Virus record (IMG/VR): IMGVR_UViG_3300031861_000009
Coordinates: 1-34,184 of that record
Length of the DNA: 34,184 bases
From: a virus
Lineage: Duplodnaviria; Caudoviricetes
Direction: 5' to 3' (one strand)
Part shown: one piece after another, positions 33,743 to 34,184 of the stretch
Layout: each line of letters begins with the position of its first letter
Position numbering within the stretch: the first letter of the stretch is position 1
Notes under the pieces: model-generated
The model's input: only the letters and a program-made list of their open reading frames with translations
What the model was told of the DNA's origin: nothing
Database searches by the model: none
Made by a program: the position numbers and the translations under genes

Positions 33743-33876
33743 CTTCAACTTCGGTTGATGGAACCACGGTGACTATATCAATAGCAGAATTGCGGAAGGA
33801 ACGAGATAGACTAAGAACTATGCTCGATCAATACCGTAAACGCCGCCCAACAACTGCAACAATATATCTCGCATGA
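33676..33876 (+). CDS. Head-to-tail joining protein W-like
   Basis: 66 aa helix-hairpin-helix (GVTSTSVDGTTVT..ELRKERDRL) between terL and the lambda-type portal. Confidence 0.75.
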   Translation: MYSEENLKAKITAIDIKIESGVTSTSVDGTTVTISIAELRKERDRLRTMLDQYRKRRPTTATIYLA

Positions 33877-34184
33877 AACTGTTAGACAGATTGCTTGGAC
33901 GTGGTACAGAAACCAAGTTTGGCTATGACGCACTTGAGGGTGCGGGAAAGCGTAAGCAGAGTACATCGTCTGTATACAGAGAGGACTATTGGACGAGGGG
34001 CAACAAGCATGACAGGCTACAGTCTACTGCTGCGGACCTGACACGCAATCTATCTCTTGCAAGCTGGATGGTTCGCCGTCACCTTGACTATGTTTCTCAA
34101 TTCAACTTCAAGGCACGTACTGGTTCAAAAGAATTAGACGATCAGATTGAAACACTGATGGCCGAAGATTCTGTGCGGCAGAGA
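33873..34184 (+). CDS. Portal protein N-terminal part (continues at position 128 after the join)
   Basis: ATGA overlap with gpW; MKLLDRLLG..GYDA...DLTRNLSLASWMVRRHLDYV is in frame with ORF 11..1261. Confidence 0.9.
   Translation, partial: MKLLDRLLGRGTETKFGYDALEGAGKRKQSTSSVYREDYWTRGNKHDRLQSTAADLTRNLSLASWMVRRHLDYVSQFNFKARTGSKELDDQIETLMAEDSVRQR
34058..34184. repeat. 127-bp terminal direct repeat, copy 2
   Basis: Identical to 1-127. Confidence 0.95.

Noticed and set aside
85-33767. Minus-strand ORFs in the six-frame track, and an alternative genetic code
   Set aside because: Nearly all minus ORFs shadow well-supported + strand genes; TAA, TAG and TGA all end genes at tight junctions, so standard code 11 fits.

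Overview
The window is an apparently complete, circularly assembled ~34,057-bp tailed dsDNA phage genome. Bases 1-127 equal 34058-34184, most likely an assembler k-mer overlap, and the portal gene runs across that join. All credible genes are on the + strand. Gene order: lambda-type portal, prohead protease/scaffold, major capsid, neck and tail genes, tape measure and tail tip (1-11438); an ~840-bp non-coding block holding a ~500-nt highly base-paired RNA candidate; a cassette-like early region of small genes with (CAA)n-CCGGAGA leaders, punctuated by four hammerhead ribozymes (12218-17501); RecE/RecT recombination genes; a G-rich structured ori-like gap; RusA-like resolvase; a non-canonical lysis-like block with a papain-fold peptidase; displaced fibre genes; a ParB-like + TAGT/GREB1-like glycosyltransferase + RGP/GT75-like + sulfotransferase cluster; and terminase and gpW. 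I see no integrase, polymerase, primase, helicase or tRNA. Protein style suggests a Planctomycetota host (inference). The strongest candidates for new biology are (i) the large ornate ncRNA whose 3' end coincides with, and can base-pair over, a hammerhead cleavage site within a multi-ribozyme early transcript, and (ii) the terminase-linked sugar-transfer/mutase/sulfation cluster. All family calls are from motif recognition by eye; no searches were run.
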